Shown piece by piece: positions 16,214 through 24,900 of a DNA stretch of 35,216 bases; the first letter of the stretch is position 1; every line of letters begins with the position of its first letter. The notes beneath the pieces were generated by a model. That model saw only the letters and a list, made by a program, of their open reading frames with translations. It was not told where the DNA came from and did no database searches. Both the position numbers and the translations under genes were made by a program. Origin of the DNA: Chromatiales bacterium (lineage in GTDB: Bacteria; Pseudomonadota; Gammaproteobacteria; SZUA-140); NCBI GenBank assembly GCA_031285245.1, contig JAITWN010000123.1, positions 1 to 35,216 on the forward strand, written 5' to 3'.

Positions 16214-18130
16214 ATGAACTTCGATCTATATGCTTGGATGCAGCGTTTGCTGGGGTTGATGCTGGTCTTGTTGTCGCTGCTGCTCGGTGCTTGCCGCGGC
16301 AATCCAGACTGGGCTAGTGCTAGCGTCAGTTCCGAGCTCACTAGCTTGACGCTTGCGAGCGGCGTGCTCGATCAAAGCTTCCAGGCCGAGCAGCCGGATT
16401 ACACCAGCACGCAAGGCTATCTCGTGCGCAGCATCAGCGTGATACCGCAGGCGGCGGATGAGGCCGCGACGATCAAGGTGGCGGGGCAGGTGGTTGATTC
16501 CGGCGCGCAGAGCCCACCGATTGCGCTTGCCGCAGGCGGTGAGACCGAGATCGGCATCGATGTCACCGCAGCCGGAGGTCGCAGCGCGCGGCACTATACC
16601 GTTACCGTGGCGCGCCAAGCGCTCGATGGTTTTGCGCAGCAGGCTTATTTGAAGGCTTCCAATGGCGGTGTGCAGGATTTTTTCGGCTATAGCGTGGCGC
16701 TCGCGGGCGATACGCTGGCGATCGGCGCGCCGCAGGAAGACAGCGCGCAGAGCGGCATCATTCCAGGCAGTCCGGATGAAAGCAGCGCGGGTGATGACAG
16801 CAACAAGAGTGGCGCCGTCTATGTTTTCGTACGCACGGGCGAGAGCTGGGTGCAGCAGGCGTATCTGAAAGGATCGCGACCCAAGGGCGATCTCGATTAT
16901 TTCGGCACCAGTGTTGCGCTCTCGGGAAACACGCTCGCGGTGGGTGCGCCGTTTGAAAATGGTGCGGCCCCGATAGATAAATCGCAGTGGAATAAATCCA
17001 CTGCGGGCAATGCGAATGCGGAAACTTCAGCGTCCGTGCCAGACAGTGGCGCGGTGTATGTGTTCGTGCGTGATGCGACTGGAGAGTGGCATCAGCAGGC
17101 TTATTTGAAAGCATCGAACGCTGGTGAGAATGCTCACTTCGGCACCACGGTCGCTTTGTCAGGCGACACGCTGGCGGTAGGTGCAGAAGGCGAGGACGGT
17201 GCACTCACTGGCGTTTTCATGGGCGCTCCCGATGATGCGCTGACCGGCAACGACGTGCCTGATAGCGGCGCGGTGTATGTGTTCACGCGCAATGAAAACG
17301 GCGGCTGGTCGCAACAGGCTTACTTGAAAGCATTGAACGCTGGCAGCGATGACTGGTTCGGTTTCAGTCTTGCTTTGTCGGGCAATACGCTCGCAGTCGG
17401 CGCGCCGTTTGAAGATGGCGCGGTCACAGGAATCGTGCCGAGCGGCGCTGACATGATCTTTGGCGATAGCCTCGGCAGTCCGAAGATTGGTGATGGCGCT
17501 GAAATGAGCGGCGCGGTGTATATATTTTCGCGCAATGACGCGCAGCACTGGCGCCAGGAAGCTTATGTGAAAGGCTCGAACACCAGCGCGCGCGATGGCT
17601 TTGGTTACAGTGTTGCGCTTGCGGACAATACGCTGGCGGTAGGCGCGTATCGGCAAGAAGAAGATAGCGGCGCGGTATATGTCTTCGAGCGCGGATCAGA
17701 TTGGCGCTGGCGTCAGCAGGCGTATCTCAAGGCATCGAATGCAGGCAGCGGCGATAACTTCGGTTGGAGCGTTGCGGTGTCGAAAGGTCGCTTGGCGGTC
17801 GGAACCGCAGCAGAAAGTGGCGGAGCGAGCGGCGTTATCCTCGGCAGCCCTGATGATCGCCTCACTGGCAATGAGGCTTCCTCCGCCGGCGCTGCCTATC
17901 TCTTCATGCGCGATGAAAAAGGCGATTGGCTACAGCAGGCCTACGCCAAGGCCTCGAACGTCAGCAGTTTCGATCAGTTCGGCTATGCGGTTGCGCTATC
18001 AGACGATCAGCTCGCGATCAGCGCGCCGTTCGAAGCAGGCACGGTGCACGGCGTATTCGCGGGCAGTCCAAGTAGTGCCGAGACGGGCGATGGCAGCGCA
18101 GAGAGCGGCGCGGTGTATGTTTTTCGGTGA
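16214..18130 (+). CDS. Lipoprotein with an N-terminal cadherin-like beta-sandwich domain and seven FG-GAP/integrin-like repeats (predicted 7-bladed beta-propeller)
   Basis: Lipobox 'LLLGAC'. 'LTSLTLASGVLDQSF...HYTVTVAR' matches the cadherin-like beta-sandwich pattern. Seven units follow the pattern 'QQAYLKASN..FG.SVALSG.TLAVGAP.ED...SGAVYVF.R....W'. Confidence 0.85.
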   Translation: MNFDLYAWMQRLLGLMLVLLSLLLGACRGNPDWASASVSSELTSLTLASGVLDQSFQAEQPDYTSTQGYLVRSISVIPQAADEAATIKVAGQVVDSGAQSPPIALAAGGETEIGIDVTAAGGRSARHYTVTVARQALDGFAQQAYLKASNGGVQDFFGYSVALAGDTLAIGAPQEDSAQSGIIPGSPDESSAGDDSNKSGAVYVFVRTGESWVQQAYLKGSRPKGDLDYFGTSVALSGNTLAVGAPFENGAAPIDKSQWNKSTAGNANAETSASVPDSGAVYVFVRDATGEWHQQAYLKASNAGENAHFGTTVALSGDTLAVGAEGEDGALTGVFMGAPDDALTGNDVPDSGAVYVFTRNENGGWSQQAYLKALNAGSDDWFGFSLALSGNTLAVGAPFEDGAVTGIVPSGADMIFGDSLGSPKIGDGAEMSGAVYIFSRNDAQHWRQEAYVKGSNTSARDGFGYSVALADNTLAVGAYRQEEDSGAVYVFERGSDWRWRQQAYLKASNAGSGDNFGWSVAVSKGRLAVGTAAESGGASGVILGSPDDRLTGNEASSAGAAYLFMRDEKGDWLQQAYAKASNVSSFDQFGYAVALSDDQLAISAPFEAGTVHGVFAGSPSSAETGDGSAESGAVYVFR

Positions 18131-18156
18131 TGATCGTTGATGTATCGCGATGCGTC

Positions 18157-18269
18157 GAGAGCGGCGCCCGGTGGTGTTTTTCGAGGACGCGTTGGCGCGC
18201 CGAGCTTTGCTTAGCTAAGCGGACTCCCCACAAGCGAAGCGCCTTCGCGTCCCGACAAACATCACCAGG
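18157..18269 (+). repeat. Palindromic intergenic repeat, copy E (diverged)
   Basis: agcggcgcccggtggtgtttttcgaggacgcgttggcgcgccgagc...gcgtcccgacaaacatcaccagg aligns with copy D. Arms ggtgtttttcgaggacgcg and cgcgtcccgacaaacatc are near-complementary. It lies between convergent gene ends. Confidence 0.65.
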
Positions 18270-18309
18270 CTCCGCCGCGCGCTGCCCACGAAACTCTAGG
18301 AATCAGTAG

Positions 18310-18507
18310 TTAGGCAGAAGCGCCGCCGCCATCAGCCGGCCACAGTCCAAGGCGTTGCAGCACTTTGATGCGGTCTTCCACGGTCATTTTGCGCCAGTTG
18401 TTGGATTCGGCGTTGGTCATGCGGCAGGTGGTGCAGACGCCATCTTCGAACAGGCACACGCTTTCGCAGGGGGATTTGATTTCCGGGGGCATGAGAGTCT
18501 TCCGCAA
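18310..18507 (-). CDS. DUF1289-family small Cys-rich protein (putative Fe-S/metal binding)
   Basis: 65 aa with 'SPCESVCLFEDGVCTTCRMT' (CX3CX6CX2C) followed by 'W..M..EDR..VL', typical of DUF1289/YdhL-like proteins. Confidence 0.75.
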   Translation of the reverse strand: MRKTLMPPEIKSPCESVCLFEDGVCTTCRMTNAESNNWRKMTVEDRIKVLQRLGLWPADGGGASA

Positions 18508-18571
18508 AAATAAGCCAGGGGCCGCGATTATCCCATATTCGCCGCGCCGGGCGCATGGGTGTTGAGCGAGC

Positions 18572-20095
18572 TCAGAGCATGTTCAGGAAGGGAATGAGCG
18601 CGAACCACAGAATGTAGGACAGCGCCACCGCCATCAGCCCGTTGATGCGCCCCGAGCTCCCAGCGTTCTCGGTGTTCTTGGCGCTGACGCGATAACGTCT
18701 CAGCAGATGGAGCAACCAAAGTGCATGCGCAGTGGCGACCCAGGAAATGCCGGCGTAGGCGCCGGCTGCGAGCGTGCCGGCATGCCAGACCAGCGCCGCG
18801 AGCGCGGATGAAGCGGTGGCGACCATGGCCACTGCAGTGACACGGCCTTGGCCGAGGCTCACTGCGAGCGTGCGTTTACCGGCGGCGAGATCGGCTGCGC
18901 GGTCGGGCAGTGTGGAGAGCGCAATGGCTGGGATAATGGCAAGGAACAGCGGAATACTCGCGAGCCAGGGGAAACTGTCTGCCGCGTGGCCACCGAACAG
19001 CAGATAGCCGAAAAGCAGCACCAGAAAGCTGTGCGTGAAGGCAACGTCGAGTTCGCCGAGACTGCGATGCGAGAGTCGTAGCGGCGGAGCGGTATAGCCG
19101 AGGCACAGCACCAGCGCTGCGCCTAAGGCCAGCCCGACGCCGGTCGCGCCTGCTGCATATAGCAGCAGCGCACTGCATAGCGTGAATGCGCCGAGGGCGA
19201 AGGCGATGCCTTGGCGTACCTCATGAAAACTCAGCGCACCATCGACCAACACGCGCGAGCCGCCGTTGAAGGGGCTGAAGTTGCGGTTGTTACGATCGCT
19301 TTCATAATCGAAATATTCATTCACCAACACGGTGGCGAATTCGAGCAGAAATACTGCTGCATAGCCGAGCCAGAAGAGCAAGGTCGTGAGCACTTCTCTG
19401 CCACCGCCCGCAGCCATGGCGCCAACGGCATAAGCGAGCCAGGTCATGGGGTAGAACTGCAAGCGCATGGCGCGCAGCCAGCTTGCCGCCTTGGCGCGCA
19501 GACGTTCAGTGCGGTTTGGCACGCCTTCGGCGAGGCGCAGTCCTTCGGTGTGGGCGCGCTCGATCCAGCCGGCCCGCTGCGCGGGCGTTGAGTTGAATAC
19601 GGTGCCGAAGGTGATGACGCGCACCGGCGCGACGCCGCAGAACTGTAAAGTCGCTTTCTTGATGGCGTTGATGCCGGGGCGGCCATAGATCCAGTGATAA
19701 ACCCAGGCCGGAGTATCCATGGTGACGATGAGCGCGGCGGATTTGCCTTTTAGCAAGCCGTCCCAACTGCCGTCGCCGTGCATGCGAAAAGCGTAGCCTG
19801 GTTTGAAGATGCGATCGATGAAGCCTTTGAGCAGCGCCGGCATCGCGCCCCACCAGTTGGGATACACCAATATCAGATGATCAGCGCGGCTCAGCATCTC
19901 GCGTGCGCGCGCGATGTCCGCTTCCTCGGGCTCATCTTCGCGCCCCGTCGGATAGTTGATGTCAAAGGAGAGATCGGCGAGACGCAATATCTCGATGTTG
20001 GCGCCAGCCGCGCGCGCGCCTTGCGCGTAAGCTTCGGCCAGCGCGCCGCACAGACTCGAGTTTTCAGGGTGTCCGAGGACGAGCAGCACGTTCAT
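18572..20095 (-). CDS. Fusion protein: N-terminal flavodoxin-like-fold NAD(P)H:quinone oxidoreductase domain plus C-terminal UbiA/MenA-like membrane prenyltransferase domain
   Basis: Start placed at internal ATG 20095 ('MNVLLVLGHPENSSL...', KefF/MdaB-like; 'LILVYPNWWGAMPALLKGFIDRIF'). The C-terminal half is polytopic, with UbiA motif 1 'NEYFDYESD' (NxxxDxxxD) and motif 2 'PDRAADLAAGKRTLAV' (DxxxDxxxGKxTL). Confidence 0.85.
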   Translation of the reverse strand: MNVLLVLGHPENSSLCGALAEAYAQGARAAGANIEILRLADLSFDINYPTGREDEPEEADIARAREMLSRADHLILVYPNWWGAMPALLKGFIDRIFKPGYAFRMHGDGSWDGLLKGKSAALIVTMDTPAWVYHWIYGRPGINAIKKATLQFCGVAPVRVITFGTVFNSTPAQRAGWIERAHTEGLRLAEGVPNRTERLRAKAASWLRAMRLQFYPMTWLAYAVGAMAAGGGREVLTTLLFWLGYAAVFLLEFATVLVNEYFDYESDRNNRNFSPFNGGSRVLVDGALSFHEVRQGIAFALGAFTLCSALLLYAAGATGVGLALGAALVLCLGYTAPPLRLSHRSLGELDVAFTHSFLVLLFGYLLFGGHAADSFPWLASIPLFLAIIPAIALSTLPDRAADLAAGKRTLAVSLGQGRVTAVAMVATASSALAALVWHAGTLAAGAYAGISWVATAHALWLLHLLRRYRVSAKNTENAGSSGRINGLMAVALSYILWFALIPFLNML

Positions 20096-20117
20096 GACGA
20101 GCAGGCCATTGGCAGGG

Positions 20118-20591
20118 TCATCGATAGGAGTCGGTGTCCATCCAGCGCTTGGCGAAAACGAGCACTGCCATAACGATGATGAAGAAGACGCTGATGATGA
20201 TCGATGCGCCGAGGTTGGTGAGCAGCGCGGAGTCGAGGCGCCGCCCAAAGCTGATGTCATCGGTGATGTTCATGAAATACAGCAGCGAGATCACTGGCGC
20301 GGCACCAAGCGGCAGCAAGGATGCGTAGAAAATCGTCTTCATGCGCAGCGTCGGGAGCGCGTGGATCAGCAGAAAGCTAAAGAGCCCATAAAGCGGATAA
20401 GGTGCGGGAAATACACTGAAGGCGAGCATGAACAGAATAGTACGATCGCCGCGGTAAGGTGGATCAAGCACATTGACTGCGCCGGCCGCCATCATCAGAA
20501 ACGAGAGCGCGAGCAGAAAGAGGAGGCCCGGTACCATAGCGCGCGCCGGGCCGAAGATGCGGTTGAGGAGCGCAGACTCGGTTTTGCTCAT
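20118..20591 (-). CDS. Hypothetical ~4-TM membrane protein
   Basis: 157 aa with four hydrophobic segments and no motif I recognise. It is tightly packed (25 and 22 nt gaps) between the HAD and fusion genes on the same strand. Confidence 0.6.
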   Translation of the reverse strand: MSKTESALLNRIFGPARAMVPGLLFLLALSFLMMAAGAVNVLDPPYRGDRTILFMLAFSVFPAPYPLYGLFSFLLIHALPTLRMKTIFYASLLPLGAAPVISLLYFMNITDDISFGRRLDSALLTNLGASIIISVFFIIVMAVLVFAKRWMDTDSYR

Positions 20592-20616
20592 CGCGGATGC
20601 CTGCGGTTTTGCAGCG

Positions 20617-21462
20617 TTACAGCCAGCGCCCGGTCTCAGGCAAGAAGCGCACCATGCCTTCGAGAATGCCGGCGGCGTAGTTGCCGTTCATGCCTTTGAG
20701 GCCGCCGCGCGCGAGATACAGCGCGTCACTATGGCCGCGTTCAGCAGCGCGGCGCAGCGCTTCGCGGCGCACATCTTCGCGCGCATTACGTACTAGTACT
20801 GAAGGAATATCGCTTTCCAGCACGGCAAGATCATTGCCGCTGTCGCCGCTGTACACGCAGCGCGTGCGCTTGATGCCAAGCGCCGTGATCAGAAATTCAA
20901 GCGCGTGCAGTTTGGTTGCGCCCGGCGGCGTCAGATCGAGCAGTCCGAGCTGCTGGGTTTCATCAACGCTCCAGGCGAGCTCGATAGCCATGCCCGAAAG
21001 TCCGTGTGCGGAGAGACGCTCGTCCATCCACTCGCGAAATGCAGCGATATCGTAAGTGGGCGGCGCGTAGTAGCTCAGTTTGAAATCACTCTGGCGATTG
21101 GCTTCCTGCAAGCGCAGTGCGGGCGATTCGCCGAGCGCGCGGGCAAGATCCGCGCCGCGCGCCTCGGGCCAGCCGCGCGCCATTTCCCGCGTCCATTCTG
21201 GCCACGGCTCCCAGCGCCCAGAGGTGAGACGATAGATCGCGGTGCCGACATCGGCGATGGCGAAGTGCGGCATCGGCAATCCATAACGCTGGATGACTTC
21301 TTGTTGCAGGGGTTGGCTGCGTCCGCTGGCGTAGGCGAGCACGACCTCGGAGTGCGAGGTGACCGCGCGAAACAGCGGCCGGGCTTCCGGGGATTCCGGT
21401 TGCAGACCGTTGGGCAGCAGCGTGCGGTCAAGATCGGTGCAAAGTAGGATCGGTTCGTTCAT
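20617..21462 (-). CDS. HAD-IIB family phosphatase (sucrose-phosphate-phosphatase-like)
   Basis: Start placed at internal ATG 21462 ('MNEPILLCTDLDRTLLPNG', DxDxT motif I). 'YASGRS' is motif II and 'SGDSGNDLAVL' is motif IV. There is a cap-domain-sized insert. Confidence 0.85.
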   Translation of the reverse strand: MNEPILLCTDLDRTLLPNGLQPESPEARPLFRAVTSHSEVVLAYASGRSQPLQQEVIQRYGLPMPHFAIADVGTAIYRLTSGRWEPWPEWTREMARGWPEARGADLARALGESPALRLQEANRQSDFKLSYYAPPTYDIAAFREWMDERLSAHGLSGMAIELAWSVDETQQLGLLDLTPPGATKLHALEFLITALGIKRTRCVYSGDSGNDLAVLESDIPSVLVRNAREDVRREALRRAAERGHSDALYLARGGLKGMNGNYAAGILEGMVRFLPETGRWL

Positions 21463-21622
21463 CGTCTGGATTTCTTGATGCCTCGTGCTCCCGGAATGAT
21501 CTTGGGGATGATCCGGGGAATTGGTCTTGTGGATCGCCTTGGAGGGACCGCCGAGCGGTGCATAGGATCGCCGCAATCGCTGGCCTATGCAAGCGTGCCC
21601 CGCAAAACGAAACAGCTATCTT

Positions 21623-21819
21623 GAATCAGCCACGGAGCCGCTGAAAACCTCCGTTCAGGGTGCCGTGATCGGGCAGGTCCGGGAGACTTTTTCAAAACCG
21701 TTGGCGCGTAGCGGCTCGGTGTCCTGAAAAAGCGTAACGAGCGCCGCTGGTCACCGTTTCGCAGAGGTCTCGCTTGCGGGGAGAGCGTAGCGAGGGGGCG
21801 CAGCCGGTTGGGGAGAGAG
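21623..21819 (-). repeat. Palindromic intergenic repeat, copy C (long form)
   Basis: About 197 bp between the tamB stop and the HAD gene start. The reverse complement aligns along nearly its whole length with copy D (ctctctccccaac...gagacctctgcgaaacggtgaccagcgg...tttttcaggac...gaaaaagtctcccggacc...gatcacgg...ggctga). Confidence 0.85.
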
Positions 21820-21905
21820 CGCAGCACGGCAACTTCATCTTCGCCACTATTCATGAGTGATAAGAGGTTTTTATTAGATACACTTAAGCCGCGCCTACTC
21901 CGAGA

Positions 21906-24900
21906 TCAACGTTCTAGCGTATAGAGGATGTCAGCACCAGCGCCGGTGCGGGTGCCGCTCTCGGTTTCGATGCTCCACCTGTTGCCGAGGCGATAGCGGA
22001 ACTGGATGGCGTTGTTTTCATCCATCAGGCCGCGGATGTAGCGTACGTATAAACGCGGAGAGAGTGCGCGGCCGAGTACCAGGGCGGTGTCTTGAGTTTG
22101 CGTGCCGGTTTGGATGCTGATTTCCACCAGATTGAAGCGTTCACCAATCTGCTTGGCGAGCGCGCTGCCACCGGCGATGGCGAGCGAACTCGCGGCCTGG
22201 TAGAGATCCTCGCCTTCGCCGGCGCGGGCCTGGGAGATCGGTCTACCGATAATCAGATAAGACAGGACGTCGGTATCGTCCATCGCCGGTGAGGAATACA
22301 GCTCGACGATGGGCGCGTGCGCGGTGCCGAGGATGCGCACGCCGACTTCGATCTCATCGCGCTCGCCACGTGTGCGCGAGGCAATGATGTCGATCGCGGG
22401 GTTGTCGATGGAGCCGCCAGCATAGAGAAAACGCCCTTGGGTGATGGCGAGGTTTTGGCCGTAGGCCTGGAAACGGCCATCGACAAAGTTGATTTCTCCC
22501 TGCGCGGTGACATCCGCGCCGCTCACCACGATCAGTGCACGTCCGGTGAGGCGGCCATCGAAGCCGCGCCCGTTGAGGCGTACATCGTCGCCGAGAACGA
22601 ATTCGATACGACCCTTCATGTTGAGCGGTGTGCGCTGTGGCGTGGGTGCGCCGCCGATGATGACGACATCATCTGAGATCGCAACAGTGCTGCCTTCCAT
22701 GGGGCGCACCGGCTCGAGGCGCGCCCAGGGCACGGTCAGTTTGCCATCGAACTGTAGTTCTCCTGGAGCGAAGCGCAGCGTGATGTCAGGTGAGGCTTTG
22801 ATGTGCGCGGTCGGCAGCCTGACGACTTCGAGGCTGTCGCCTTTTACGGTCAGCTGGGCGGACCAATCGCTCGTGCTGAGAAAATGGCCATCGCCATCGA
22901 GGGTGAGCTCACCATCGCCGATGTGTGCATTGCCCGCGAGACTAAGCGCATTGCCATGTGCTTTGAGCGCAAGGTTCAGGGCTTCGATCTGGATGCCGAG
23001 GCGCAGGACGCTGATCCTTTCCACACCGATCGCGGCCTCACCGCCGAGCAGCGGCGCTGCGACCGTGCCTGACAGCGTGAGATTAGCGCTCGCGTGCGCA
23101 CCGACCGGCATGATGTCGGGGATGAAGAGTGCGAGCGTATCGAGATTGTCGAGGCTTGCTTTTAGCGTCCCTGAAATCGCTTGCTCTGGGGCAGGCGGCG
23201 CGCCGAGCACATAGCCAGGCAGCGCCAGCGTTGCGCCGATGTTTTCGGTCTCGCCGAGCGTGAGTGCAAGGGTTGCGCGCGCACCGTCTGCGCCGAAGTC
23301 GGCGCGCAGCGTGGCGCGCTGATAGTTGAGGGTTTGCAGCATGCGCTGCTGCGAGCTCGTGTTATGCAGCGCGCCATGATTCGCTTCGACCTCAAGCTGT
23401 ACGTTCGGCGGGGCTGCGCCCGTGCGCGCTGCAGTGATGCGCCCCTTGCTGGCGCCGGTGATGTCCACGAAATCGCCAGGCAGCAGAGGAGAGAGACGTT
23501 GCAGCTCGAAACCCTGCCAGGCGATTTCACCGGTGAGGGTATCGTCATCGCTATCTTTGACGCGCGTACCGTGGCCGCAGACGGTGGTGCCCGCACTTTC
23601 CCAGCACAGCGCTTGCAGGCTGCTTGTAGTGCCGGCTGAGATGTCAAACGCCGCGGGCGCGGTCTGCATCCACAAACCAAGCTTGGCCTGGAGCAAGCGG
23701 CCATGTTCCAGCGTGCCTTGCCAGTGCCCGTCGTGCACCGTGCCATTCAATTGCTGGCTGAATTGCAGTTGATCTTGATCGGTGTCGAGTGCGAGCTGAT
23801 GCGCAGCGAGCGAGCCTTGCGTGCGCAGTGTGGCGCTGCCGATTTCAAACTCGCCAGAGGTAAGGCCGGCGCCTTCGACTTCAGCGCGCCAACGCAGGGA
23901 TTCGAGCAGGCTCGCGCTACCGGCTTCGCGCCGGGTAGCGTCGAGATCGAGCTCGGCAGTAAGCGCCATGCGCTCTGCGTGCTGGTTATTCCAGGCGAGA
24001 TCGCGCGCGCGCAGCGTGGTGGCAAGGTGCAGCGCGGCGAGGGGTCCGCCGAGCGTGCCTTCGGCTTGTGCCGTGCCGGAAATGTTGGGAAGTACTTCGG
24101 TGAAAGCATCGGCGAGATCGCTGCTTTGCAGTTGCCAGTTGAGATGCAATTGCTCGGCGATGCTGCCTGCGACTTTGATCTCGGTTGCGCCAACGGCGAG
24201 CACCAGCTCATTGATATCGATGCGGCGGTGCGCAAGCGTTGCGTGTGCTTGCCCGTGGCCGCCGAGCGGTCGGCCAAAGGCCTGCCCACGCAGCGCACTG
24301 ATTTGCGTTTCCAAGAGTATGTCGAATCCGCTCTTGTTCTCCTTATCGATAGAGGTGTCGAGGGATGCGTCAGGCTCGCGTTTGAGATCGAATTCGATCT
24401 GTGCACTGTCGATGTTGATGCCGCGCATCACGGGGTAAAGCTCGGCGAGATCGATGTCGGTGACGTCGGCCAAGGCATGCGCGTGCACCGCTGGTTTCCA
24501 AGCGATTTCAGCCTTGCCTTGCCAGTCGCCTTGCAGCCAGCGTCCGCGCACGGTGTCGGCGCGCATACCTTCTAGATTACCGCTGCCGGTGAGTTCGAGC
24601 GTGACGGGTGGGAGCGCGGCGCCAGGCAGCACTTCGCCAAAGGCCTGATAGCGATAATCCTGCGGGCTGCCGGTGAAATGAGCTTGACCGCTCGGGCTCG
24701 CAAAGCGGGCATGACCTTCGTTTCGCCGCGGCGGCCAAAAGAATTCTTTCCACTCCAGATCCGCATCGAATGCGCCCTTGGCATCTTCGTTGATGCGACC
24801 GCTGATGCGTGTTGCCTCATCTGCATTTGCGAGCAGGAAACGCGGAATCGCCCAGCGCTTGCCGTCCCAGGCGCCATCGGCGTCGAGCGTCCAATCACCG

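Noticed and set aside
18572-20260. N-terminal extensions offered by the ORF track (also 20617..21576, 25835..27637, 30699..32666, 5782..6447, 33099..34184)
   Set aside because: The extensions are Ser/Arg/Pro-rich, overlap upstream genes or repeats, or bury signal peptides and lipoboxes. Internal ATGs give N-termini that match the family consensus, and for prkA and the TPR gene they have a good SD.
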